From: a virus
Length of the DNA stretch: 64,000 nt
IMG/VR virus record: IMGVR_UViG_3300043410_001242
Reading direction: 5' to 3' (one strand)
The notes under the pieces are model-generated. The model was not told where the DNA came from. It made no database searches and saw only the letters and a list, made by a program, of their open reading frames with translations. The position numbers and the translations under genes were made by a program. Positions 44,992 through 53,230 of the stretch are shown here, piece by piece. How positions within the stretch are numbered: position 1 is the first letter of the stretch; the number at the start of each line of letters is the position of its first letter.

Positions 44992-45036
44992 AATTTGTGG
45001 TATAATATATCCACAAATCTATTAGAGAACTATATT

Positions 45037-47190
45037 ATGATACTTGAATCCAAATCACTTCTTGCTAAATTGATGGCTACCGAGAACCTTGTGATCGAAC
45101 AACGCAAGGTTTCCACGGCTATGTTTGACACCGAGAATCGTGTCCTTATTGTTCCTGTTCTGGACAACAACATTCCGTCACACACTTATGATCTTTTTAT
45201 GGGTCATGAGGTCGGTCATGCTCTTTGGACGCCACCAAATGGTTCGGAAATCAGAAAACAATACAATGTTCCCCATTCTCTGGCGAATGTTATTGAAGAT
45301 TCTCGTATTGAACGCAAGATCAAACACAAATATCCTGGTCTCAAGAACTCTTTTGTCAAAGGATATCAAGATTTGCTTGATCGGAACTTCTTTGGCACCA
45401 AAGGACAGTCTATCAATCAGATGAAATTTCTTGACCGGCTGAATATTCACTGTAAAGGTGGCGCCGTATTGAACATTCACTTCACTGATGAAGAACGTGA
45501 AATGGTAAAATTGGTAGAATCTACTGAAACCTACGAAGATGTGATGGTAGTTTGCCAAAAAGTCATCAATTTTATCAAAGAATCCACTAAAAACATCAAA
45601 CTTCCTGAAATTAATAAAGAAGATTTTGATGTTTTTATTGATGATGAAGAGGAAGAACAAGACGATTCTCAAGAAGAAGAATCATATGACGAAGAACCTG
45701 TTGAAACAGAACCAAAAACTGTTGATGAAAGTGAAAACACAGAATCGGAAGATGAAAAATTTGGTGCTGACGTAACAAAAACTGTTGTTTCCGAAGATCC
45801 ATATGAAGACATTCGTGATCTTTTGGAATCTGACACTGAGGCTTCTTATAAACAGAACGAACAAAAACTGTTTTCAGAAGATCGCAGAGAAATTGTATAT
45901 GTGAATATTCCTAGACTGAACACAAAAGACTTTGTTGTTGACTATAAGGATGTATATTCACAATACGAACATGAAAGACTTACGACCGGTTATTTTCCAT
46001 CCACCGAATCCTATTGGTATGATCGTGAAGGTTTCATGAAGATTCGTGATGAAATCAAGACTGGTGTTTCTTACCTTGTAAAAGAGTTTGAAATGCGTAA
46101 GTCTGCTGACCAGTTGAAAAAGGCCACACCTGCAAAGACTGGTGATTTGGACATGAAGAAAATCTACTCACACGCCTTCAATGAAGATATCTTCAAGCGA
46201 ATCACTGTTATGCCTGGTGCCAAGTCTCATGGTCTGGTGATCTTCCTGGACTGGTCTGGTTCAATGACACAACATATCAGAAATACTGTTAAACAATTGT
46301 TTAATATTGTTATGTTCTGTAAGAAAGTTAATATTCCATATGAAGTATATACTTTCACCAATACTTCATTGGACAAATACAATTGGTCACAAAAACAAGT
46401 TCCTAATGATTTGATGTGTTCCAACTTCAAACTGATGAATATTCTGTCTCACAGAATGTCTGCAGCTGAATTCACCAAAGCTGCATCAGCAATGGTCAGT
46501 ATGAGTAAGGCTAATGGTGGTTCATATGATGAGATGCACGCTCTTCCCAGTATGTTCAGTATGGGTGGTACTCCACTGAACAGCACTATTATTGGTGCAA
46601 TGGAACTTATTCCTGAGTTTCAAAGGAAGAACAAATTGCAGATTGTCAATACTATCTTTCTTACTGATGGAGATTCTGATACAGGTCTTTACTTCTGCAA
46701 GAAAGAAGGTAATGGAATGTATGCAAGAGCAGTTGGTAGATATAACTATACAACCAACCAATCAACCAATCTGATTATGCGTGATCCTGTAACCAAGTAC
46801 AACCTATCTTTTAACTTGGATGATAATAGATCAGTAACATCATCATTTATTAGTATGTTGAAGCAAAGGGTCAATTGTAATGTTGTGGGTTTCTATATAC
46901 TATCACCGAAAGATTTTCGTAGGTTTGTAGATACCAGACTTCTGTACAAAGGATCTGATACTCAAAACATTCGTGCAGAGTTTAGTAAGAACCAGTGTGC
47001 TGTATTGAAAACTGAAGGTTATGATGAATACTACTTGCTTCGTAGTGACAAGAAAGATTCAGAAGAACCTGAGTTGGAAGTAAAAGAAAATGCAACAACC
47101 AAAGTACTGGCCAATGCATTTATCAAATACAACAACAAACGCAGTAATAACCGCGTGGTTCTAAATCGTTTTATCAACCTGATCGCATAA
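45037..47190 (+). CDS. zincin peptidase + VWA (CobT-like) protein
   Basis: KSLLAKLMATEN, HEVGHAL, MIDAS DWSGSM, GGTPL, LTDGD; promoter TTGACA 44978-TATAAT 45001. Confidence 0.85.
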   Translation: MILESKSLLAKLMATENLVIEQRKVSTAMFDTENRVLIVPVLDNNIPSHTYDLFMGHEVGHALWTPPNGSEIRKQYNVPHSLANVIEDSRIERKIKHKYPGLKNSFVKGYQDLLDRNFFGTKGQSINQMKFLDRLNIHCKGGAVLNIHFTDEEREMVKLVESTETYEDVMVVCQKVINFIKESTKNIKLPEINKEDFDVFIDDEEEEQDDSQEEESYDEEPVETEPKTVDESENTESEDEKFGADVTKTVVSEDPYEDIRDLLESDTEASYKQNEQKLFSEDRREIVYVNIPRLNTKDFVVDYKDVYSQYEHERLTTGYFPSTESYWYDREGFMKIRDEIKTGVSYLVKEFEMRKSADQLKKATPAKTGDLDMKKIYSHAFNEDIFKRITVMPGAKSHGLVIFLDWSGSMTQHIRNTVKQLFNIVMFCKKVNIPYEVYTFTNTSLDKYNWSQKQVPNDLMCSNFKLMNILSHRMSAAEFTKAASAMVSMSKANGGSYDEMHALPSMFSMGGTPLNSTIIGAMELIPEFQRKNKLQIVNTIFLTDGDSDTGLYFCKKEGNGMYARAVGRYNYTTNQSTNLIMRDPVTKYNLSFNLDDNRSVTSSFISMLKQRVNCNVVGFYILSPKDFRRFVDTRLLYKGSDTQNIRAEFSKNQCAVLKTEGYDEYYLLRSDKKDSEEPELEVKENATTKVLANAFIKYNNKRSNNRVVLNRFINLIA

Positions 47191-47197
47191 GGAGATT

Positions 47198-47407
47198 ATG
47201 TCGAAATATAAAATAAAACTATCTGACTCTAATGGTCTGTGTGCCAATGTGGGATATGTCCGAGAGGAATCATCCCACAGGGTTCGTTACTATGCACACG
47301 GTGAACTGGTTGGTGAAGAGTATTTCAATACAGAAGGTGAAGCAACATCTTCTGCAATCAATTTCATTAACGGAGAACAATATGGAAGTAATTTCAACTT
47401 TTTCTAA
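47198..47407 (+). CDS. hypothetical protein
   Basis: SD AAGGAG. Confidence 0.55.
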   Translation: MSKYKIKLSDSNGLCANVGYVREESSHRVRYYAHGELVGEEYFNTEGEATSSAINFINGEQYGSNFNFF

Positions 47408-47582
47408 TGGTAACTATGAAGCTCAGGTTGCCAAGACATTTGATAACCTGTATACTGTAAGTTACATGATTGATGGTAAAGTTATTCGTAAAACCAATCA
47501 TGTGAAGTTGGAACTGGCAGAATCTGTTGCTGGTGATTTCATTCTGGATGGTGGAAACGATCAGCAGTTTTTATCGGACTAA
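47382..47582 (+). CDS. hypothetical protein
   Basis: SD GGAG before ATG 47382. Confidence 0.55.
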   Translation: MEVISTFSNGNYEAQVAKTFDNLYTVSYMIDGKVIRKTNHVKLELAESVAGDFILDGGNDQQFLSD

Positions 47583-47836
47583 TGGACAACAACATTTTTG
47601 AAATATCACCACAAGCATTGAATCTGTTCTCATTCATGCTTGGAATGACCTTTGCATCATTCCTTTCATGGTACCGTAGGACAGCATTCATGTATGTGGT
47701 TGCCTACTTTATGTTTCTTGCATTCTATTATGGTGCTATCAAACCCAATCTTGATGCCGCACCAGAAAAAACACCACTGACTCCAAAATCAGAATACTCA
47801 AGACCACTACCATTACCTACACCTAAGAACAAATGA
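47582..47836 (+). CDS. two-TM membrane protein with Pro-rich tail
   Basis: hydropathy. Confidence 0.55.
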   Translation: MDNNIFEISPQALNLFSFMLGMTFASFLSWYRRTAFMYVVAYFMFLAFYYGAIKPNLDAAPEKTPLTPKSEYSRPLPLPTPKNK

Positions 47837-48411
47837 TTAAGACACAAGAATATGTAAATAAGACCGGTAAACGTGCAGAAGCGTTTGCTTTGATGTTGAA
47901 CTATATCAAAGACAATAGACCTAACCCACTTATCATCGAAACTGGTTGCGCCAGGAAAGAAGATAACTTTGATGGTGACGGTATGTCAACACTGATCTTC
48001 GATTCTTTTATCACTGAACTAGGCCAAGGAGAATTCCATTCTGTAGACATTTCACAAGAAAACGTGGACTTTGCCAGTACCAAGATTCTAAACCCGAACT
48101 CCAAGGTACATTGCTCAGACTCAGTAAAGTTCCTCTATGGAGTAACACAAGACTGCCTCCAAACCAACAGACATATTGACCTACTTTACCTAGATTCATT
48201 TGACTTTGATCCTAATGATCCTCATCCATCCTCTCTACACCACATATATGAATTGACTGCGGCAATACCCGCCCTAAAACCTGGATCACTCATAGCAGTA
48301 GACGATAACTTTGGAGAAACCGGAAAAGGTGCCTACGTCAAACATTTTATGGACCTTCTAGGTAAACCGAGAGTCTATGAAGGTTACCAGTGGATCTGGG
48401 TGGTAGGATGA
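47833..48411 (+). CDS. class I SAM methyltransferase-like
   Basis: IIETG, SVDI, DSV, IDLLYLDS, LIAVDD, GKG. Confidence 0.75.
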   Translation: MIKTQEYVNKTGKRAEAFALMLNYIKDNRPNPLIIETGCARKEDNFDGDGMSTLIFDSFITELGQGEFHSVDISQENVDFASTKILNPNSKVHCSDSVKFLYGVTQDCLQTNRHIDLLYLDSFDFDPNDPHPSSLHHIYELTAAIPALKPGSLIAVDDNFGETGKGAYVKHFMDLLGKPRVYEGYQWIWVVG

Positions 48412-48812
48412 ACAAAGAATGGGAATATGCAGGGTTGTTGATCGACTCGTTTAATATCGATGTCAAACGTGTGGTTGCCGATGCACGATTTGGTGATTCT
48501 TATCCAGGTCAATGGGTAGCACATATGGAGAAAGAACGTATAGGTAAACCAACATTCACCATATCTGCATGGGGTGACACAGCCTGTGATGCCGTTATTA
48601 ACGTATACAACAAATCACACCATGCAACACCAGTGAACCAGTATAAGGGTCAGAAAGTCTATATTGAACCAGAGAAACACTACTGGGTCATTCGACACTA
48701 TCTGCCTACTACCAAACAACATAGAAAAGTGTTCAATTCTTACAGATCAGAAAGTGCTGCTTTGTCTGCGGCAAAACAACATGAATTGGAAGTTGTACAA
48801 TGGATGCAGTGA
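48408..48812 (+). CDS. hypothetical protein
   Basis: ATGA overlap. Confidence 0.5.
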   Translation: MNKEWEYAGLLIDSFNIDVKRVVADARFGDSYPGQWVAHMEKERIGKPTFTISAWGDTACDAVINVYNKSHHATPVNQYKGQKVYIEPEKHYWVIRHYLPTTKQHRKVFNSYRSESAALSAAKQHELEVVQWMQ

Positions 48813-48978
48813 GTAAAGTTTACCTGGTAACCATATTAATCAAAGCCAACCAACGATTTAAGATTGAGAAAGTCTTTAATAACATCGAATCCACTCAGAA
48901 GTGTTGTAAGAGTTATAACCGACTATTAAAAGAAGATGATCCGTATATCTGTGAGATATTAGAATATGTGGTGTATAA

Positions 48979-49215
48979 GTGAACGAAAAAATTAGACAAT
49001 TAATGATGGAGGCAGGTGAATATGCCAATTCAGTGTGGGTTGATCCTATCACAAACAAAGAAGATCATATATCTTGGCATGATCTGTACAATGAGAAGTT
49101 TGCTGAACTAATCATTAAAGATTGTGCTAAAAATTGCTTGGGTATCGTAAGTAGTGGTGGTGACTTAGACTTCGCTATTTGGAAGATTAAGAAAGAATAT
49201 GGTATTGAAGAATGA
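48979..49215 (+). CDS. hypothetical phage protein
   Basis: NEKIRQL..EA...EKFAELIIKDC. Confidence 0.6.
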   Translation: MNEKIRQLMMEAGEYANSVWVDPITNKEDHISWHDLYNEKFAELIIKDCAKNCLGIVSSGGDLDFAIWKIKKEYGIEE

Positions 49216-49595
49216 ATGATTGTCCTATCTGTGGTGATGAAGGTACTGTCACCGAACATACAAGACAAAATAACTCTGAATATAAGAATGAATACTTTAA
49301 AGGTCTTCTGATTGATTCCTCTGAATGCTCTGCATGTGGTTCTGAGTTTGCGACACCGGAGCAGATTAACAGAAATGCTCAGAGGGCCAGAGAGAGACTG
49401 AGAGAGGATGGTATTATAGGGAACGCAAAACCGATCCATGCTTGGATTGATGAGTGGGTCTTAGAGTCGCTTAGAGAGAGGGATAGAGAGATTACTCTGA
49501 GAGAAAAGTTATATGGCAAACCTACCAGGAAGGGTTCTGCCCGGAAATTCCGGTCCAGGAAAATTTTTTGGAATAAGAAAAATCGAAAATTCTGA
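49212..49595 (+). CDS. MqsA/YgiT-type zinc-finger protein lacking HTH
   Basis: CPICG..25-30 aa..CSACGSEFATPEQ..RN. Confidence 0.65.
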   Translation: MNDCPICGDEGTVTEHTRQNNSEYKNEYFKGLLIDSSECSACGSEFATPEQINRNAQRARERLREDGIIGNAKPIHAWIDEWVLESLRERDREITLREKLYGKPTRKGSARKFRSRKIFWNKKNRKF

Positions 49596-49685
49596 GGTGG
49601 CTCCAGAAAATAAAAAATTGGAAAAAAGAGTTTGACCAGGTGGAGCTTTTTATTGCTACGCTCGCCTTCGGCTCGCCCATCATCC

Positions 49686-49714
49686 ATTATATCATAGTCA
49701 TTCCGCAAAGTCAA
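49686..49714 (-). promoter_or_regulatory. leftward sigma70 promoter
   Basis: reverse complement GCTTGACT-17-TATAAT with TG. Confidence 0.65.
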
Positions 49715-49855
49715 GCATTTTATTTTCGCCCTGGCTGTTGCCATTCACTGCGGAATATGATAGCCTCCTCCTCCACAAGCACCGAAGTCCACACAAAATT
49801 TAAATTGTTTCGCCCTGGTTGACACACTATAGCGCAAAATAGACACAATGGGGGC

Positions 49856-49884
49856 TTGACTTTTCTCTCTGAGTGTGAGACAAT
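49856..49884 (+). promoter_or_regulatory. early promoter cassette 1
   Basis: GCTTGACT-17-TGaGACAAT, upstream ATTGTTTCG. Confidence 0.65.
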
Positions 49885-49919
49885 AACTCATAATTTAAAT
49901 CAACAGAGAGTATTTAAAA

Positions 49920-50108
49920 ATGAATAATAATCAAATGTATAACTTAACTCACTCAGAATTAGTATCTGAATTGTATCATGTAATGCAAGATGCAGTATTA
50001 AATAAGTATTCAGAAAATGAATACGAAACACGTTTAAGACTATTGTGGGATTATCTCGAAGAATCTGATACTGATACTCTTGAAACTCTCTATACTGTAT
50101 ATTATTAA
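49920..50108 (+). CDS. small acidic hypothetical protein
   Basis: first ORF after promoter. Confidence 0.55.
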   Translation: MNNNQMYNLTHSELVSELYHVMQDAVLNKYSENEYETRLRLLWDYLEESDTDTLETLYTVYY

Positions 50109-50304
50109 TTGAGAGTATTATATTATGAAATTAGAAAATTATACTGCATTAGTTACTCATGATTATCAAGTATGGGTATATGATGAAAATATGTCGATGG
50201 TCGGTTATCTGAATGAATACTTCAATTCCAAAAAGTCTGCATTATCATATGCAAAACAGTTTGGAAAAGTAGAGTTCGAATAAGTATTAAGAGAGTATTA
50301 TATT

Positions 50305-50502
50305 ATGAAAAGATTATTGAAAGAGTATTTGGTGACTGTATACAGCAAAGATAATGTTCGTCTTGGTGCATATACACTATATGGTAAAACATATCAGGAA
50401 GTATCTGATAAGGTTGAAACTAGATTAAATGGTGATGAAGGTAGTGTTTTCCTTGATTATAAGGGACAATCATTATTAGAAGATTGGTCGGATGAATATT
50501 GA
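50305..50502 (+). CDS. hypothetical protein
   Basis: GAGAGTATTATATTATG leader shared with neighbour. Confidence 0.55.
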   Translation: MKRLLKEYLVTVYSKDNVRLGAYTLYGKTYQEVSDKVETRLNGDEGSVFLDYKGQSLLEDWSDEY

Positions 50503-50552
50503 TTGCTTCCTAACAGTAAATAGACTGTTTCGTAAATGTCACGATAAAACGC

Positions 50553-50581
50553 TTGACATTTCCAAAAAAGTCTGATAGAAT
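50553..50581 (+). promoter_or_regulatory. early promoter cassette 2
   Basis: AGACTGTTTCG...GCTTGACA-17-TGaTAGAAT. Confidence 0.7.
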
Positions 50582-50618
50582 CTTACTTTAAATTGAAAAT
50601 TGATTAGGAAATTATATT

Positions 50619-50831
50619 ATGAAAACTGTAAATGAAACCCGCGAAAGAATGCACCTTGAATTAGCTCTGGCTGTTGCTGAGTTTGAAATGACTCACAAAG
50701 TAACCTATTGCACACCACAAAAGAATAAAGTATCTCGCTCTGTACGTGCTAAAGAGAAACTGGTATTTAAATCTAAACAACCAGTTAATCGTCCTTGCGT
50801 GATGTTCGATAATGTTCCACTGGTAGTATAA
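50619..50831 (+). CDS. small basic protein, paralog of next gene
   Basis: ELALAVAEF....VTYC....KVSR. Confidence 0.55.
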   Translation: MKTVNETRERMHLELALAVAEFEMTHKVTYCTPQKNKVSRSVRAKEKLVFKSKQPVNRPCVMFDNVPLVV

Positions 50832-50848
50832 TAGAGAGGTAGATTATT

Positions 50849-51070
50849 ATGGCTAAGTCAGATATTCGCGCTGAATTGAATACGGCAGTGGATGAATACC
50901 TCGCAAAAGGAGGTAAGATATTGGTATGCGAAACCAAGCAGGTAAAAGTATCCAGAAAGGTGAAGGTAAAACCCCACCTATTCATTAAACCATCTGAACC
51001 TCGTGGAGTGGTTTCTATGTTTTATCGTATTGATGAGAGACATAATGTAGGTGCTTGGAATAATTGGTAA
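50849..51070 (+). CDS. SutA-like RNAP-binding motif protein
   Basis: RAELNTAVDEYLAKGGKI. Confidence 0.55.
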   Translation: MAKSDIRAELNTAVDEYLAKGGKILVCETKQVKVSRKVKVKPHLFIKPSEPRGVVSMFYRIDERHNVGAWNNW

Positions 51071-51097
51071 CTGTTTCGTTTTTGGTCTACACCGTTA

Positions 51098-51126
51098 ATT
51101 ATACACTAGGAGATACTATATGTCAA
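51098..51126 (-). promoter_or_regulatory. consensus leftward sigma70 promoter overlapping an RBS
   Basis: reverse complement TTGACA-17-TATAAT. Confidence 0.65.
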
Positions 51127-51293
51127 GCGTTTTAAATCAAATGGATTGGTTCGAAGAACTCGAATATGCACCTGAGAATACCATTGTAGAGGTATTAGAA
51201 GAGGATGAAGATAATGGTAATGATATTCGCACATATCGCAATTTTGATATTGATTTTGATGAAAGTCAATTTAGCGTTTGGGCAGATTTGTGA
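51120..51293 (+). CDS. 57-aa acidic protein
   Basis: SD AGGAG; MSSVLNQMDWFEELEYAPE...DIDFDESQFSVWADL. Confidence 0.55.
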   Translation: MSSVLNQMDWFEELEYAPENTIVEVLEEDEDNGNDIRTYRNFDIDFDESQFSVWADL

Positions 51294-51302
51294 TAATAAC
51301 TA

Positions 51303-51331
51303 TTGACTTTTCTGAGTATATGTGATATAAT
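51303..51331 (+). promoter_or_regulatory. sigma70 promoter reading into NrdR-box array
   Basis: TTGACT-17-TGaTATAAT; no sizeable ORF downstream. Confidence 0.7.
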
Positions 51332-51384
51332 GGAGAAGTAATATAAAAAATTTCTCTTGCCATACTCTCACTTAGTCGGACATA

Positions 51385-51567
51385 CCACTACATATAGTAT
51401 CAATCAATCGCTGACAACACTATATCCGCGACATGGTTCCGACTAACGACAGTGACCTCTACATATTGTGTCGCAATATCATTATAAGCACAAGATATAG
51501 TATCACATATCCTTATCAATTTACTATATCTTGTGTCTTTTTTATTCTAATATACTACATATAGTGT
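51385..51567. repeat. array of six NrdR-box-like pseudo-palindromes
   Basis: cores CTACATATAG 51388, CTATATCCGC 51420 (degenerate), CTACATATTG 51459, CAAGATATAG 51491, CTATATCTTG 51524, CTACATATAG 51555. Confidence 0.75.
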
Positions 51568-52198
51568 CCACGGATATATACTGTTTACACTTATTACCAT
51601 GGTATCTGGTATATTGTGGTTTTGGTATAACCTTATTACAATATGGACATTCTATTCTTGGTTGATTCTTAGCCTTCTGACTAATCTTCTCTCTGGCTAT
51701 ATCATCATGGGTTTTACCATACATTGCATTATTAATACCCTTAGACTTCACGGATAATTTGTTTCTGGATTCTTCTGTCCATATTCTATTCTTATTTGAT
51801 TGTATAATGGCATTTATAGACTTTTGGTTATTAGTCTTACCATATCTTGGACTATTCTCACCTGATAGCATTATACTATATTGTTTTTTTCTTTCTTCGG
51901 TGAATACATAACCTGACGCACCTTCGGCACCATCGGTTCTATTTCTTAATATACCCGTATTATTGTCTTTTCTGCCGAACCAACGGATATAATATCTCTC
52001 AAGGATAAATGACTGTAATTCGGTTAGATTATCTTGTATGATTATTATACGGGATTTATCTTTGGGTGGTAGTATTTCACCTTTCTTATATTTGTTATAG
52101 GCTCTATCGTCTTTGCCTTTACCAATATAATATGGTGTATAATCCTCTCTCAAATAGGCATAAACATAGAATGGTGTTGATTGAGCATATATACTCAT
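51542..52198 (-). CDS. GIY-YIG homing endonuclease with NUMOD3-like repeats
   Basis: [35 protein letters not shown]....REKIS; late promoter TATAAATA on - strand 52290-52297. Confidence 0.88.
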   Translation of the reverse strand: MSIYAQSTPFYVYAYLREDYTPYYIGKGKDDRAYNKYKKGEILPPKDKSRIIIIQDNLTELQSFILERYYIRWFGRKDNNTGILRNRTDGAEGASGYVFTEERKKQYSIMLSGENSPRYGKTNNQKSINAIIQSNKNRIWTEESRNKLSVKSKGINNAMYGKTHDDIAREKISQKAKNQPRIECPYCNKVIPKPQYTRYHGNKCKQYISVDTICSILE

Positions 52199-52500
52199 AG
52201 CTGATACTCCTCTGTAGTATTAGAACCCTTGGATATTACCAGTATCGCGAAGGGTATTTTTCGTGCGTTAGCACTTGTGTTGACACTATTATTTATACAT
52301 TATATTATGAAATCTATATCTGTCTTATCCTTTCTATTAAACCTTTCTATGGTACTATCCATTATAGCATTCTCATATAGAGGATGGATTGGTATTATCT
52401 CTATTATATCTGGTATTCGGTTATGATTAATATTATTCTATTGGTATCTGTATTGGTTATATTCTTTTATTGTTTATTCTTTTTCTATGAGGATTAGGTT

Positions 52501-53172
52501 ATGGATATATCATTAACAGTTATTAGAAAGATAGCCAAAGAGAATGGTCTATCTGTTAATAATAATATACTGGCATTTGCACAAGGTATATCCAATCATG
52601 TATCGGGTAAGATTGAAACTGATATTAAGAAAAAGGTGGCGCGGGATATTGTTGAGATGCTCGGTACTAATGTTACTACCTCTGGTGGTACTGTTAAGGT
52701 TAAGTTTCGGAATGATTTGAGTTTTGATGATGTACGGGCATTATTTGATTATGATGGTGTGAATGGTGGTTTAGTATGGAAGAAGGACGGTAAACCTGCC
52801 GGTTCTGTTGAGCATCATGGTTATATTCGTATTGGTGTAAGAGGGAAAACATATAGGGCACACCATTTGGTATGGTTATGGCATCACGGTGTATTTCCTG
52901 ATACTATTGTGGACCATATTAATCAGATCAAGAATGATAATAGGATTGAGAATCTTCGGTTATCTGACCCGACTCTGAATAACCTTAATCGGACGACCGG
53001 TTCCAATAACACCTCTGGATATAAGGGTGTATCATATCTCAAGAAACGGAACAAGTATGAGGCATCCATTACAGTCAAAGGGAAAATGCACCGGTTAGGT
53101 CAATTCAATACCTTTGAGGAGGCCAAGTATGCACGAATGGCATATGAGGAAGAATTGTTGAACGGTGGTTAG
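52501..53172 (+). CDS. HNH + AP2-domain endonuclease
   Basis: AHHLVW, VDHIN..KNDNRIENLR, NTSGYKGVS, LGQF.T.EEA. Confidence 0.88.
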   Translation: MDISLTVIRKIAKENGLSVNNNILAFAQGISNHVSGKIETDIKKKVARDIVEMLGTNVTTSGGTVKVKFRNDLSFDDVRALFDYDGVNGGLVWKKDGKPAGSVEHHGYIRIGVRGKTYRAHHLVWLWHHGVFPDTIVDHINQIKNDNRIENLRLSDPTLNNLNRTTGSNNTSGYKGVSYLKKRNKYEASITVKGKMHRLGQFNTFEEAKYARMAYEEELLNGG

Positions 53173-53230
53173 CAGACTATTTCACGGATGCTGGCTTGAC
53201 TTTTTGGTTGGTTCTGATACAATCTTTCCA
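53170..53230 (+). promoter_or_regulatory. early promoter cassette 3
   Basis: AGCAGACTATTTCACGG..GCTTGACT-16-TACAAT (GGTTCTGATACAATC). Confidence 0.75.

Noticed and set aside
49640-49822. 60-aa ORF and 56156-56356, 62335 upstream extension
   Set aside because: Span promoter/repeat elements, atypical composition, no RBS.
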